A stretch of 64,000 nucleotides of DNA from Eledone cirrhosa (lineage: Eukaryota), in assembly GCA_964016885.1 (NCBI GenBank), contig OZ024743.1, forward strand, positions 131,068,001 through 131,132,000, in the 5' to 3' direction. The position numbers and the translations under genes are program-made. Positions 24,440-37,400 of the stretch are shown one piece after another (position 1 is the stretch's first letter; the number at the start of each line of letters is the position of its first letter). The notes beneath the pieces were generated by a model. It worked only from the letters and a program-made list of their open reading frames with translations. It was not told the origin of the DNA and did not search any database.

Positions 24440-27400
24440 TGCTTGGTGCTTGGTGTTTGGTGCTTGGTGCTTGGAGTTTGGTGTTTGGTGCTTGGTGCTT
24501 GGTGTTTTGTGTTTGGTGTTTGGTTTTTGGTGCTTGGTGCTTGGTGCTTGGTGCTTGGTGCTTGGTGTTTGGTGCTTGGTGCTTGGTGTTTGTACTTGGT
24601 GCTTGGTGCTTGGTGTTTGGTTCTTGGTTCTTGGTGTTTGGTACTTGGTGCTTGGTGCTTGGTGTTTGGTGCTTGGTGCTTGGTGTTTGGTGTTTGGTGC
24701 TTGGTGCTTGGTGCTGGGTGGTTGGTATTTGGTGCTTGGTGCTTGGTGTTTGGTGCTTGGTGCTTGGTGCTTGGTGTTTGGTGCTTGGTGCTTGGTGCTT
24801 GGTCTTTGGTGCTTGGTGTTTGGTGTTTGGTGCTTGGTGCTTTGTGTTTGGTGCTTGGTGATTAGTGTTTGGTGCTTGGTACTTGGTGTTTGGTGCTTGG
24901 TGTTTGGTGTTTGCTGTTTGGTGTTTGGTGTTTGGTGTTTGCTGTTTGGTGTCTGCTTTTTGGTGTTTGGTGTTTGCTGTATGGTGTTTGCTGTTTCGTG
25001 TTTGGTGTTTGCTGTTTGGTGTTTGGTGTTTGCTGTTTGGTGTTTGGTCTTTGGTGCTTGGTGTTTGGTGCTTGGTGCTTGGTGTTTGGTGTTTGGTGCT
25101 TGGTGTTTGGTGTTTGGTGCTTGGTGCTTGGTGCTTGGTGTTTGGTGCTTGGTGTCTGGTGCTTGGTGTCTGGTGCTTGGTGTTTGGTGTTTGGTGTTTA
25201 GTGCTTGGTGTTTGGTGTTTGGTGTTTGGTGTTTGGTGCTTGTTGCTTAGTGCTTGGTGCTTGGTGTTTGGTGCTTGGTGCTTGGTGTTTGGTGCTGGGT
25301 GCTTGGTGTTTGGTGCTTGGTGCTTGGTGTTTGGTGTTTGGTGCTTGGTGCTTGGTGTTTGGTGTTTGGTGTTATATGCTTGGTGTTTGGTGCTTGGTGC
25401 TTGGTGTTTGGTGTTTGGTTCTTGATGCTTGGTATTTGGTGCTTGGTGCTTGCTGCTTGGTGTTTGGTGCTTGGTGATTGATGCTTGGTGTTTGGTGCTT
25501 GGTGCTTGGTGTTTGGTTTTTGGTGCTAGGTGCTTGGTGCTTGGTGTTTGGTGCTTGGTGTTTGGTGTTTGGTGCTTGGTGCTTGGTGTTTGGTACTTGG
25601 TGCTTGGTGCTTGGTGTTTGGTGCTTGGTGCTTGGTGTTTGGTGTTTGGTGTTTGGTGCTTGGTGCTTGGTGTTTGGTGCTTGGTGCTGGGTGGTTGGTG
25701 TTTGGTGCTTGGTGCTTGGTGTTTTGTGCTAGGTGCATGGTGACTGGTGTTTGGTGCTTGGTGCTTGGTGCTTGGTCTTTGGTGTTTGGTGTTTAGTGCT
25801 TGGTGCTTGGTGCTTGGTGCTTGGTGCTTGGTGCTTGGTCCTTGGTGTTTGGTGCTTGGTGCTTGGTGTTTGGTGTTTGGTGCTTGGTGTCTGGAGCTTG
25901 GTGTTTGGTGTTTGGTGCTTGGTGTTTGGTGTTTGGTGCTTGGTGCTTGGTGTTTGGTGCTTGGTGCTTGGTGCTTGGTGTTTGGTGCTTGGTGCTTGGT
26001 GCTTGGTCTTTGGTGCTTGGTGTTTGGTGTTTGGTGCTTGGTGCTTTGTGTTTGGTGCTTGGTGATTAGTGTTTGGTGCTTGGTACTTGGTGTTTGGTGC
26101 TTGGTGTTTGGTGTTTGCTGTTTGGTGTTTGGTGTTTGCTGTTTGATGTTTGGTGTCTGCTTTTTGGTGTTTGGTGTTTGCTGTATGGTGTTTGCTGTTT
26201 CGTGTTTGGTGTTTGCTGTTTGCTGTTTGGTGTTTGCTGTTTGGTGTTTGGTCTTTGGTGCTTGGTGTTTGGTGCTTGGTGCTTGGTGTTTGGTGTTTGG
26301 TGCTTGGTGCTTGGTGCTTGGTGTTTGATGCTTGGTGTCTGGTGCTTGGTGTCTGGTGCTTGGTGTTTGGTGTTTGGTGTTTGGTGCTTGGTGTTTGGTG
26401 TTTGGTGTTTGGTGTTTGGTGCTTGTTGCTTGGTGCTTGGTGCTTGGTGTTTGGTGCTTGGTGCTTGGTGTTTGGTGCTGGGTGCTTGGTGTTTGGTGCT
26501 TGGTGCTTGGTGCTTGGTGTTTGGTGTTTGGTGCTTGGTGCTTGGTGTTTGGTGTTTGGTGTTATATGCTTGGTGTTTGATGCTTGGTGCTTGGTGCTTG
26601 GTATTTGGTGTTTGGTGCTTGGTGTTTTATGCTTGGTGTTTGATGTTTGGTGCTTGGTGCTTGGTGTTTGGTGCTTGGTGCTTGCTGTTTCTACTTGGTG
26701 CTTGGTGCTTGGTTCTTGGTGTTTGGTGCTTGGTGCTTGGTGCTTGGTGCTTGGTGTTTGGTGCTTGGTGTTTGGTGCTTGGTGTTTGGTGCTTGGTGCC
26801 TGGTGCTTGGTGCTTGGTGCTTGGTGTTTGGTGCTTGGTGTTTGGTGCTTGGTATTAGGTGTTTGGTGCTTGGTGCTTGGTGTTTGGTGTTTGGTGCTTG
26901 GTGTTTGGTGCTTGGTGTTTGGTGTTTGGTGCTTGGTGTTTGGTGCTTGGTACTTGGTGCTTGGTGCTTGGTGTTAGGTGTTTGGTGCTTGGTGCTTGGT
27001 GTTTGGTTTTTGGTGCTTGGTGCTTGGTGTTTGGTGTTTGGTGCTTGCTGCTGGCTGCTTGGTGTTTGGTGCTTGGTGATTGGTGCTTGGTGTTTGGTGC
27101 TTGGTTTTGGTGTTTGGTACTAGGTGCTTGGTGCTTGGTGTTTGGTGCTTGGTGCTTGGTGTTTGGTGTTTGGTGATTGGTGCTTGGTGTTTGGTGGTTG
27201 GTGCTGGGTTCTGGGTGGTTGGTGTTTGGTGCTTGGTGTTTGGTGCTGGGTGCTTGGTGTTTGGTGCTTGGTGCTTGGTCTTTGGTGTTTGGTGTTTGGT
27301 GTTTGGGGCTTGGTGCTTGGTGCTTGGTGTTTGGTGCTTGGTGCTTGGTGTTTGGTGCTTGGTGCTTAGTGTTTGGTGCTAGGTGCTTGGGGTCTGGTGT

Positions 27401-30400
27401 TTGGTGCTTGGTGCTTGGTGTTTGGTGCTTGGTGCTTGGTGTTTGGTGTTTGGTGCTTGGTGCTTGGTGTTTGGTGTTTCCTGTTTGCTGTTTGGTGTTT
27501 GGTGTTTGGTGTTTGCTGTTTGGTGTCTGCTTTTTGGTGTTTGGTGTTTGCTGTATGTTATTTGCTGTTTGGTGTTTGGTGTTTGGTGTTTGGTGCTTGG
27601 TGCTTGGTGTTTGGTGCTTGGTGCTTGGTGTTTGGTGCCTGGTGCTTGGGGCTTGGTGTTTGGTGTTTGGTGCTTTGTGCTTGGAGTTTGGTGTTTGGTG
27701 CTTGGTGCTTGGTGTTTTGTGTTTGGTGTTTGGTTTTTGGTGCTTTGTGCTTGGTGCTTGGTTTTTGGTCCTTGGTGTTTGGTGCTTGGTGCTTGGTGTT
27801 TGTACTTAGTGCTTGGTGCTTGGTGTTTGGTTCTTGGTTCTTGGTGTTTGGTACTTGGTGCTTGGTGTTTGGTGCTTGGTGCTTGGTGCTTGGTGTTTGG
27901 TGCTTGGTGCTTGGAGTTTGGTGTTTGGTGCTTGGTGCTTGGTGTTTTGTGTTTGGTGTTTGGTTTTTGGTGCTTGGTGCTTGGTGCTTGGTGCTTGGTG
28001 CTTGGTGTTTGGTGCTTGGTGCTTGGTGTTTGTACTTGGTGCTTGGTGCTTGGTGTTTGGTTCTTGGTTCTTGGTGTTTGGTACTTGGTGCTTGGTGCTT
28101 GGTGTTTGGTGCTTGGTGCTTGGTGTTTGGTGTTTGGTGCTTGGTGCTTGGTGCTGGGTGGTTGGTATTTGGTGCTTGGTGCTTGGTGTTTGGTGCTTGG
28201 TGCTTGGTGCTTGGTGTTTGGTGCTTGGTGCTTGGTGCTTGGTCTTTGGTGCTTGGTGTTTGGTGTTTGGTGCTTGGTGCTTTGTGTTTGGTGCTTGGTG
28301 ATTAGTGTTTGGTGCTTGGTACTTGGTGTTTGGTGCTTGGTGTTTGGTGTTTGCTGTTTGGTGTTTGGTGTTTGGTGTTTGCTGTTTGGTGTCTGCTTTT
28401 TGGTGTTTGGTGTTTGCTGTATGGTGTTTGCTGTTTCGTGTTTGGTGTTTGCTGTTTGGTGTTTGGTGTTTGCTGTTTGGTGTTTGGTCTTTGGTGCTTG
28501 GTGTTTGGTGCTTGGTGCTTGGTGTTTGGTGTTTGGTGCTTGGTGTTTGGTGTTTGGTGCTTGGTGCTTGGTGCTTGGTGTTTGGTGCTTGGTGTCTGGT
28601 GCTTGGTGTCTGGTGCTTGGTGTTTGGTGTTTGGTGTTTAGTGCTTGGTGTTTGGTGTTTGGTGTTTGGTGTTTGGTGCTTGTTGCTTGGTGCTTGGTGC
28701 TTGGTGTTTGGTGCTTGGTGCTTGGTGTTTGGTGCTGGGTGCTTGGTGTTTGGTGCTTGGTGCTTGGTGTTTGGTGTTTGGTGCTTGGTGCTTGGTGTTT
28801 GGTGTTTGGTGTTATATGCTTGGTGTTTGGTGCTTGGTGCTTGGTGTTTGGTGTTTGGTTCTTGATGCTTGGTATTTGGTGCTTGGTGCTTGCTGCTTGG
28901 TGTTTGGTGCTTGGTGATTGATGCTTGGTGTTTGGTGCTTGGTGCTTGGTGTTTGGTTTTTGGTGCTAGGTGCTTGGTGCTTGGTGTTTGGTGCTTGGTG
29001 TTTGGTGTTTGGTGCTTGGTGCTTGGTGTTTGGTACTTGGTGCTTGGTGCTTGGTGTTTGGTGCTTGGTGCTTGGTGTTTGGTGTTTGGTGTTTGGTGCT
29101 TGGTGCTTGGTGTTTGGTGCTTGGTGCTGGGTGGTTGGTGTTTGGTGCTTGGTGCTTGGTGTTTTGTGCTAGGTGCATGGTGACTGGTGTTTGGTGCTTG
29201 GTGCTTGGTGCTTGGTCTTTGGTGTTTGGTGTTTAGTGCTTGGTGCTTGGTGCTTGGTGCTTGGTGCTTGGTGCTTGGTCCTTGGTGTTTGGTGCTTGGT
29301 GCTTGGTGTTTGGTGTTTGGTGCTTGGTGTCTGGAGCTTGGTGTTTGGTGTTTGGTGCTTGGTGTTTGGTGTTTGGTGCTTGGTGCTTGGTGTTTGGTGC
29401 TTGGTGCTTGGTGCTTGGTGTTTGGTGCTTGGTGCTTGGTGCTTGGTCTTTGGTGCTTGGTGTTTGGTGTTTGGTGCTTGGTGCTTTGTGTTTGGTGCTT
29501 GGTGATTAGTGTTTGGTGCTTGGTACTTGGTGTTTGGTGCTTGGTGTTTGGTGTTTGCTGTTTGGTGTTTGGTGTTTGCTGTTTGATGTTTGGTGTCTGC
29601 TTTTTGGTGTTTGGTGTTTGCTGTATGGTGTTTGCTGTTTCGTGTTTGGTGTTTGCTGTTTGGTGTTTGGTGTTTGCTGTTTGGTGTTTGGTCTTTGGTG
29701 CTTGGTGTTTGGTGCTTGGTGCTTGGTGTTTGGTGTTTGGTGCTTGGTGCTTGGTGCTTGGTGTTTGGTGCTTGGTGTCTGGTGCTTGGTGTCTGGTGCT
29801 TGGTGTTTGGTGTTTGGTGTTTGGTGCTTGGTGTTTGGTGTTTGGTGTTTGGTGTTTGGTGCTTGTTGCTTGGTGCTTGGTGCTTGGTGTTTGGTGCTTG
29901 GTGCTTGGTGTTTGGTGCTGGGTGCTTGGTGTTTGGTGCTTGGTGCTTGGTGCTTGGTGTTTGGTGTTTGGTGCTTGGTGCTTGGTGTTTGGTGTTTGGT
30001 GTTATATGCTTGGTGTTTGATGCTTGGTGCTTGGTGATTGGTATTTGGTGTTTGGTGCTTGGTGTTTTATGCTTGGTGTTTGATGTTTGGTGCTTGGTGC
30101 TTGGTGTTTGGTGCTTGGTGCTTGCTGTTTCTACTTGGTGCTTGGTGCTTGGTTCTTGGTGTTTGGTGCTTGGTGCTTGGTGCTTGGTGCTTGGTGTTTG
30201 GTGCTTGGTGTTTGGTGCTTGGTGTTTGGTGCTTGGTGCCTGGTGCTTGGTGCTTGGTGCTTGGTGTTTGGTGCTTGGTGTTTGGTGCTTGGTATTAGGT
30301 GTTTGGTGCTTGGTGCTTGGTGTTTGGTGTTTGGTGCTTGGTGTTTGGTGCTTGGTGTTTGGTGTTTGGTGCTTGGTGTTTGGTGCTTGGTACTTGGTGC

Positions 30401-31325
30401 TTGGTGCTTGGTGTTAGGTGTTTGGTGCTTGGTGCTTGGTGTTTGGTTTTTGGTGCTTGGTGCTTGGTGTTTGGTGTTTGGTGCTTGCTGCTGGCTGCTT
30501 GGTGTTTGGTGCTTGGTGATTGGTGCTTGGTGTTTGGTGCTTGGTGTTTGGTGTTTGGTACTAGGTGCTTGGTGCTTGGTGTTTGGTGCTTGGTGCTTGG
30601 TGTTTGGTGTTTGGTGATTGGTGCTTGGTGTTTGGTGCTTGGTGCTGGGTTCTGGGTGGTTGGTGTTTGGTGTTGGTGTTTGGTGCTGGGTGCTTGGTGT
30701 TTGGTGCTTGGTGCTTGGTCTTTGGTGTTTGGTGTTTGGTGTTTGGGGCTTGGTGCTTGGTGCTTGGTGTTTGGTGCTTGGTGCTTGGTGTTTGGTGCTT
30801 GGTGCTTAGTGTTTGGTGCTAGGTGCTTGGGGTTTGGTGTTTGGTGCTTGGTGCTTGGTGTTTGGTGCTTGGTGCTTGGTGTTTGGTGTTTGGTGCTTGG
30901 TGCTTGGTGTTTGGTGTTTCCTGTTTGCTGTTTGGTGTTTGGTGTTTGGTGTTTGCTGTTTGGTGTCTGCTTTTTGGTGTTTGGTGTTTGCTGTATGTTA
31001 TTTGCTGTTTGGTGTTTGGTGTTTGGTGTTTGGTGCTTGGTGCTTGGTGTTTGGTGGTTGGTGCTTGGTGTTTGGTGCCTGGTGCTTGGGGCTTGGTGTT
31101 TGGTGTTTGGTGCTTTGTGCTTGGAGTTTGGTGTTTGGTGCTTGGTGCTTGGTGTTTTGTGTTTGGTGTTTGGTTTTTGGTGCTTTGTGCTTGGTGCTTG
31201 GTTTTTGGTCCTTGGTGTTTGGTGCTTGGTACTTGGTGTTTGTACTTGGTGCTTGGTGCTTGGTGTTTGGTTCTTGGTTCTTGGTGTTTGGTACTTGGTG
31301 CTTGGTGTTTGGTGCTTGGTGCTTG
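24440..31325 (+). repeat. Higher-order tandem duplication, period 3440 bp
   Basis: ORF pairs offset 3440 (24865/28305, 25429/28869, 26150/29590, 27373/30813). Shared private variants ATGGTGA-CTGG (about 25737/29177), TTAGTGC (about 25198/28638) and TTGCTGT-TTCTAC (about 26682/30122). A handful of mismatches. Confidence 0.93.
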
Positions 31326-34300
31326 GTGTTTGGTGTTTGGTGTTTGGTGCTTGGTGCTTGGTGTTTGGTGCTTGGTGCTTGGTGCTGGGTGGTTGGTATT
31401 TGGTGCTTGGTGCTTGGTGTTTGGTGCTTGGTGCTTGGTGCTTGGTGTTTGGTGCTTGGTGCTTGGTGCTTGGTCTTTGGTGCTTGGTGTTTGGTGTTTG
31501 GTGCTTGGTGCTTTGTGTTTGGTGCTTGGTGATTAGTGTTTGGTGCTTGGTACTTGGTGTTTGGTGCTTGGTGTTTGGTGTTTGCTGTTTGGTGTTTGGT
31601 GTTTGGTGTTTGCTGTTTGGTGTCTGCTTTTTGGTGTTTGCTGTTTGCTGTATGGTGTTTGCTGTTTCGTGTTTGGTGTTTGCTGTTTGGTGTTTGGTGT
31701 TTGCTGTTTGGTGTTTGGTCTTTGGTGCTTGGTGTTTGGTGCTTGGTGCTTGGTGTTTGGTGTTTGGTGCTTGGTGTTTGGTGTTTGGTGCTTGGTGCTT
31801 GGTGCTTGGTGTTTGGTGCTTGGTGTCTGGTGCTTGGTGTCTGGTGCTTGGTGTTTGGTGTTTGGTGTTTGGTGCTTGGTGTTTGGTGTTTGGTGTTTGG
31901 TGTTTGGTGCTTGTTGCTTGGTGCTTGGTGCTTGGTGTTTGGTGCTTGGTGCTTGGTGTTTGGTGCTGGGTGCTTGGTGTTTGGTGCTTGGTGCTTGGTG
32001 TTTGGTGTTTGGTGCTTGGTGCTTGGTGTTTGGTGTTTGGTGTTATATGCTTGGTGTTTGGTGCTTGGTGCTTGGTGTTTGGTGTTTGGTTCTTGATGCT
32101 TGGTATTTGGTGCTTGGTGCTTGCTGCTTGGTGTTTGGTGCTTGGTGATTGATGCTTGGTGTTTGGTGCTTGGTGCTTGGTGTTTGGTTTTTGGTGCTAG
32201 GTGCTTGGTGCTTGGTGTTTGGTGCTTGGTGTTTGGTGTTTGGTGCTTGGTGCTTGGTGTTTGGTACTTGGTGCTTGGTGCTTGGTGTTTGGTGCTTGGT
32301 GCTTGGTGTTTGGTGTTTGGTGTTTGGTGCTTGGTGCTTGGTGTTTGGTGCTTGGTGCTGGGTGGTTGGTGTTTGGTGCTTGGTGCTTGGTGTTTTGTGC
32401 TAGGTGCATGGTGCCTGGTGTTTGGTGCTTGGTGCTTGGTGCTTGGTCTTTGGTGTTTAGTGTTTAGTGCTTGGTGCTTGGTGCTTGGTGCTTGGTGCTT
32501 GGTGCTTGGTCCTTGGTGTTTGGTGCTTGGTGCTTGGTGTTTGGTGTTTGGTGCTTGGTGCTTGGTTCTTCGTGATTGGTGTTTGGTGTTTGGTGTTTGG
32601 TGCTTGGTGTCTGGAGCTTGGTGTTTGGTGTTTGGTGCTTGGTGTTTGGTGTTTGGTGCTTGGTGCTTGGTGTTTCGTGCTTGGTGCTTGGTGTTTGTAC
32701 TTGGTGCTTGGTGCTTGGTGTTTGGTGCTTGGTTCTTGGTGTTTGGTGCTTGGTGTTTGGAGCTTGGTGCTTGGTGTTTGGTGCTTGGTGCTTGGTGTTT
32801 GTACTTGGTGCTTGGTGCTTGGTGTTTGGTGCTTGGTTCTTGGTGTTTGGTGCTTGGTGTTTGGAGCTTGGTGCTTGGTGTTTGGTGCTTGCTGCTTGGT
32901 GTTTGGTGTTTGGTGCTTGGTGCTTGGTGTTTGGTGTTTGGTGCTTGGTGTTTGGTGTTTGGTGCTTGGTGCTTGGTGTTTGTTGCTTGGTACTTGGTGC
33001 ATGGTGTTTGGTGCTGGGTGCTTGGTGTTTTGTGCTTGGTTCTTGGTGTTTGGTGTTTGGTGCTTGGTACTTGGTGTCTGGAGCTTGGTGTTTGGTGTTT
33101 GGTGCTTGGTGTTTGGTGCTTGGTGCTTGGTGTTTGGTGTTTGGTGTTTGATGCTTGGTGTTTTATGCTTGGTGCTTGGTGTTTGGTGCTTGGTGTTTGT
33201 ATTTGGTGCTTGGTGCTTGGTGTTTTGTGCTTGGTGCTTGGTGTTTGGTGTTTGGTCCTTGGTGCTTGGTGCTTGGTGTTTAGTGCTTGGTGCTTGGTGT
33301 TTGTTGTTTGGTGCTTTCTGTTTGCTGCTTGGTGTTTGCTGCTTGGTGCTTGGTGCTTGGTGTTTGGTGTTTGGTGCTAGGTGCTTGGTGTTTGGTGTTT
33401 GGTGTTTGATGCTTGGTGTTTGGTGCTTGGTGTTTGGTGCTTGGTGCTTGGGGCTTGGTGTTTGGTGCTTGGTGCTTGGTGCTTGGTGTTTGGTGCTTGG
33501 TGCTTGGTGTTTGGTGTTTGGTGTTTGGTGCTTGGTGCTTGGTGTTTGGTGCTTGGTGCTTGGTGCTGGGTGGTTGGTATTTGGTGCTTGGTGCTTGGTG
33601 TTTGGTGCTTGGTGCTTGGTGCTTGGTGTTTGGTGCTTGGTGCTTGGTGCTTGTCTTTGGTGCTTGGTGTTTGGTGTTTGGTGCTTGGTGCTTTGTGTTT
33701 GGTGCTTGGTGATTAGTGTTTGGTGCTTGGTACTTGGTGTTTGGTGCTTGGTGTTTGGTGTTTGCTGTTTGGTGTTTGGTGTTTGGTGTTTGCTGTTTGG
33801 TGTCTGCTTTTTGGTGTTTGGTGTTTGGTGTATGGTGTTTGCTGTTTTGTGTTTGGTGTTTGCTGTTTGGTGTTTGGTGTTTGCTGTTTGGTGTTTGGTC
33901 TTTGGTGCTTGGTGTTTGGTTCTTGGTGCTTGGTGTTTGGTGTTTGGTGCTTGGTGCTTGGTGCTTGGTGTTTGGTGCTTGGTGCTTGGTGTTTGGTGTT
34001 TGGTGTTTGGTGCTTGGTGCTTGGTGTTTGGTGCTTGGTGCTGGGTGGTTGGTGTTTGGTGCTTGGTGCTTGGTGTTTCGTGCTAGGTGCATGGTGCTTG
34101 GTGTTTGGTGCTTGGTGCTTGGTGCTTGGTCTTTGGTGTTTGGTGTTTAGTGCTTGGTGCTTGGTGCTTGGTGCTTGGTGCTTGGTCCTTGGTGTTTGGT
34201 GCTTGGTGCTTGGTGTTTGGTGTTTGGTGCTTGGTGCTTGGTGCCTCGTGTTTGGTGTTTGTTGCTTGGTGTCTGGAGCTTGGTGTTTGGTGTTTGGTGC

Positions 34301-34451
34301 TTTGTGTTTGGTGTTTGGTGCTTGGTGCTTGGTGTTTGGGGCTTGGTGCTTGGTGTTTGTACTTGGTGCTTGGTGCTTGGTGTTTGGTGCTTGGTTCTTG
34401 GTGTTTGGTGCTTGGTGTTTGGAGCTTGGTGCTTGGTGTTTGGTGCTTGTT

Positions 34452-37400
34452 GCTTGGTGTTTGTACTTGGTGCTTGGTGCTTGGTGTTTGGTGCTTGGTT
34501 CTTGGTGTTTGGTGCTTGGTGTTTGGAGATTGGTGCTTGGTGTTTGGTGCTTGGTGCTTGGTGTTTGGTGTTTGGTGCTTGGTGCTTGGTGTTTGGTGTT
34601 TGGTGCTTGGTGTTTGGTGTTTGGTGCTTGGTGCTTGGTGTTTGTTGCTTGGTACTTGGTGCATGGTGTTTGGTGCTGGGTGCTTGGTGTTTTGTGCTTG
34701 GTTCTTGGTGTTTGGTGTTTGGTGCTTGGTACTTGGTGTCTGGAGCTTGGTGTTTGGTGTTTGGTGCTTGGTGTTTGGTGCTTGGTGCTTGGTGTTTGGT
34801 GTTTGGTGTTTGATGCTTGGTGTTTTATGCTTGGTGCTTGGTGTTTGGTGCTTGGTGTTTGTATTTGGTGCTTGGTGCTTGGTGTTTTGTGCTTGGTTCT
34901 TGGTGTTTGGTGTTTGGTGCTTGGTACTTGGTGCTTGGTGTTAGGTGTTTGGTGCTTGGTGCTTGGTGCTTGGTGTTTAGTGCTTGGTGCTTGGTGTTTG
35001 TTGTTTGGTGCTTTCTGTTTGCTGCTTGGTGTTTGCTGCTTGGTGCTTGGTGATTGGTGTTTGGTGTTTGGTGCTAGGTGCTTGGTGTTTGGTGTTTGGT
35101 GTTTGATGCTTGGTGTTTGGTGCTTGGTGTTTGGTGCTTGGTGCCTGGGGCTTGGTGTTTGGTGCTTGGTGCTTGGTGCTTGGTGTTTGGTGCTTGGTGT
35201 TTGGTGTTTGGTGTTTGGTGCTTGGTGCTTGGTGTTTGGTGCTTGGTGCTTGGTGCTGGGTGGTTGGTATTTGGTGCTTGGTGCTTGGTGTTTGGTGCTT
35301 GGTGCTTGGTGCTTGGTGTTTGGTGCTTGGTGCTTGGTGCTTGGTCTTTGGTGCTTGGTGTTTGGTGTTTGGTGCTTGGTGCTTTGTGTTTGGTGCTTGG
35401 TGATTAGTGTTTGGTGCTTGGTACTTGGTGTTTGGTGCTTGGTGTTTGGTGTTTGCTGTTTGGTGTTTGGTGTTTGGTGTTTGCTGTTTGGTGTCTGCTT
35501 TTTGGTGTTTGGTGTTTGCTGTATGGTGTTTGCTGCTTCGTGTTTGGTGTTTGCTGTTTGGTGTTTGGTGTTTGCTGTTTGGTGTTTGGTCTTTGGTGCT
35601 TGGTGTTTGGTGCTTGGTGCTTGGTGTTTGGTGTTTGGTGCTTGGTGCTTGGTGCTTGGTGTTTGGTGCTTGGTGTCTGGTGCTTGGTGTCTGGTGCTTG
35701 GTGTTTGGTGTTTGGTGTTTGGCGCTTGGTGTTTGGTGTTTGGTGTTTGGTGTTTGGTGCTTGTTGCTTGGTGCTTGGTGCTTGGTGTTTGGTGCTTGGT
35801 GCTTGGTGTTTGGTGCTGGGTGCTTGGTGTTTGGTGCTTGGTGCTTGGTGCTTGGTGTTTGGTGCTTGGTGCTTGGTGTTTGGTGTTTGGTGTTATATGC
35901 TTGGTGTTTGATGCTTGGTGCTTGGTGCTTGGTGTTTGGTGTTTGGTGCTTGGTGTTTTATGCTTGGTGTTTGATGTTTGGTGCTTGGTGCTTGGTGTTT
36001 GGTGCTTGGTGCTTGGTGTTTGTACTTGGTGCTTGGTGCTTGGTTCTTGGTGTTTGGTGCTTGGTGCTTGGTGCTTGGTGCTTGGTGTTTGGTGCTTGGG
36101 GTTTGGTGCTTGGTGTTCGGTGCTTGCTGCCTGGTGCTTGGTGCTTGGTGCTTGGTGTTTGGTGCTTGGTGTTTGGTGCTTGGTATTAGGTGTTTGGTAC
36201 TTGGTGCTTGGTGTTTGGTGTTTGGTGCTTGGTGTTTGGAGCTTGGTGTTTGGTGCTTGGTACTTGGTGCTTGGTGCTTGGTGTTAGGTGTTTTGTGCTT
36301 GGTGCTTGGTGTTTGGTTTTTGGTGCTTGGTGCTTGGTGTTTGGTGTTTGGTGCTTGCTGCTGGCTGCTTGGTGTTTGGTGCTTGGTGATTGGTGCTTGG
36401 TGTTTGGTGCTTGGTGTTTGGTGTTTGGTACTAGGTGCTTGGTGCTTGGTGTTTGGTGCTTGGTGCTTGGTGTTTGGTGTTTGGTGCTTGGTGCTTGGTG
36501 TTTGGTGCTTGGTGCTGGGTTCTGGGTGGTTGGTGTTTGGTGCTTGGTGTATGGTGCTGGGTGCTTGGTGTTTGGTGCTTGGTGCTTGGTCTTTGGTGTT
36601 TGGTGTTTGGTGTTTGGGGCTTGGTGCTTGGTGCTTGGTGCTTAGTGTTTGGTGCTAGGTGCTTGGGGTTTGGTGTTTGGTGCTTGGTGCTTGGTGTTTG
36701 GTGCTTGGTGCTTGGTGTTTGGTGTTTGGTGCTTGGTGCTTGGTGTTTGGTGTTTCCTGTTTGCTGTTTGGTGTTTGGTGTTTGGTGTTTGCTGTTTGGT
36801 GTCTGCTTTTTGGTGTTTGGTGTTTGCTGTATGTTATTTGCTGTTTGGTGTTTGGTGTTTGGTGTTTGGTGCTTGGTGCTTGGTGTTTGGTGCTTGGTGC
36901 TTGGTGTTTGGTGCTTGGTGCTTGGTGTTTGTACTTGGTGCTTGGTGCTTGGTGTTTGGTGCTTGGTTCTTGGTGTTTGGTGCTTGGTGTTTGGAGATTG
37001 GTGCTTGGTGTTTGGTGCTTGGTGCTTGGTGTTTGGTGTTTGGTGCTTGGTGTTTGGTGTTTGGTGCTTGGTGCTTGGTGTTTGGTGTTTGGTGCTTGGT
37101 GCTTGGTGTTTGTTGCTTGGTACTTGGTGCATGGTGTTTGGTGCTGGGTGCTTGGTGTTTTGTGCTTGGTTCTTGGTGTTTGGTGTTTGGTGCTTGGTAC
37201 TTGGTGTCTGGAGCTTGGTGTTTGGTGTTTGGTGCTTGGTGTTTGGTGCTTGGTGCTTGGTGTTTGGTGTTTGGTGTTTGATGCTTGGTGTTTTATGCTT
37301 GGTGCTTGGTGTTTGGTGCTTGGTGTTTGTATTTGGTGCTTGGTGCTTGGTGTTTTGTGCTTGGTTCTTGGTGTTTGGTGTTTGGTGCTTGGTACTTGGT

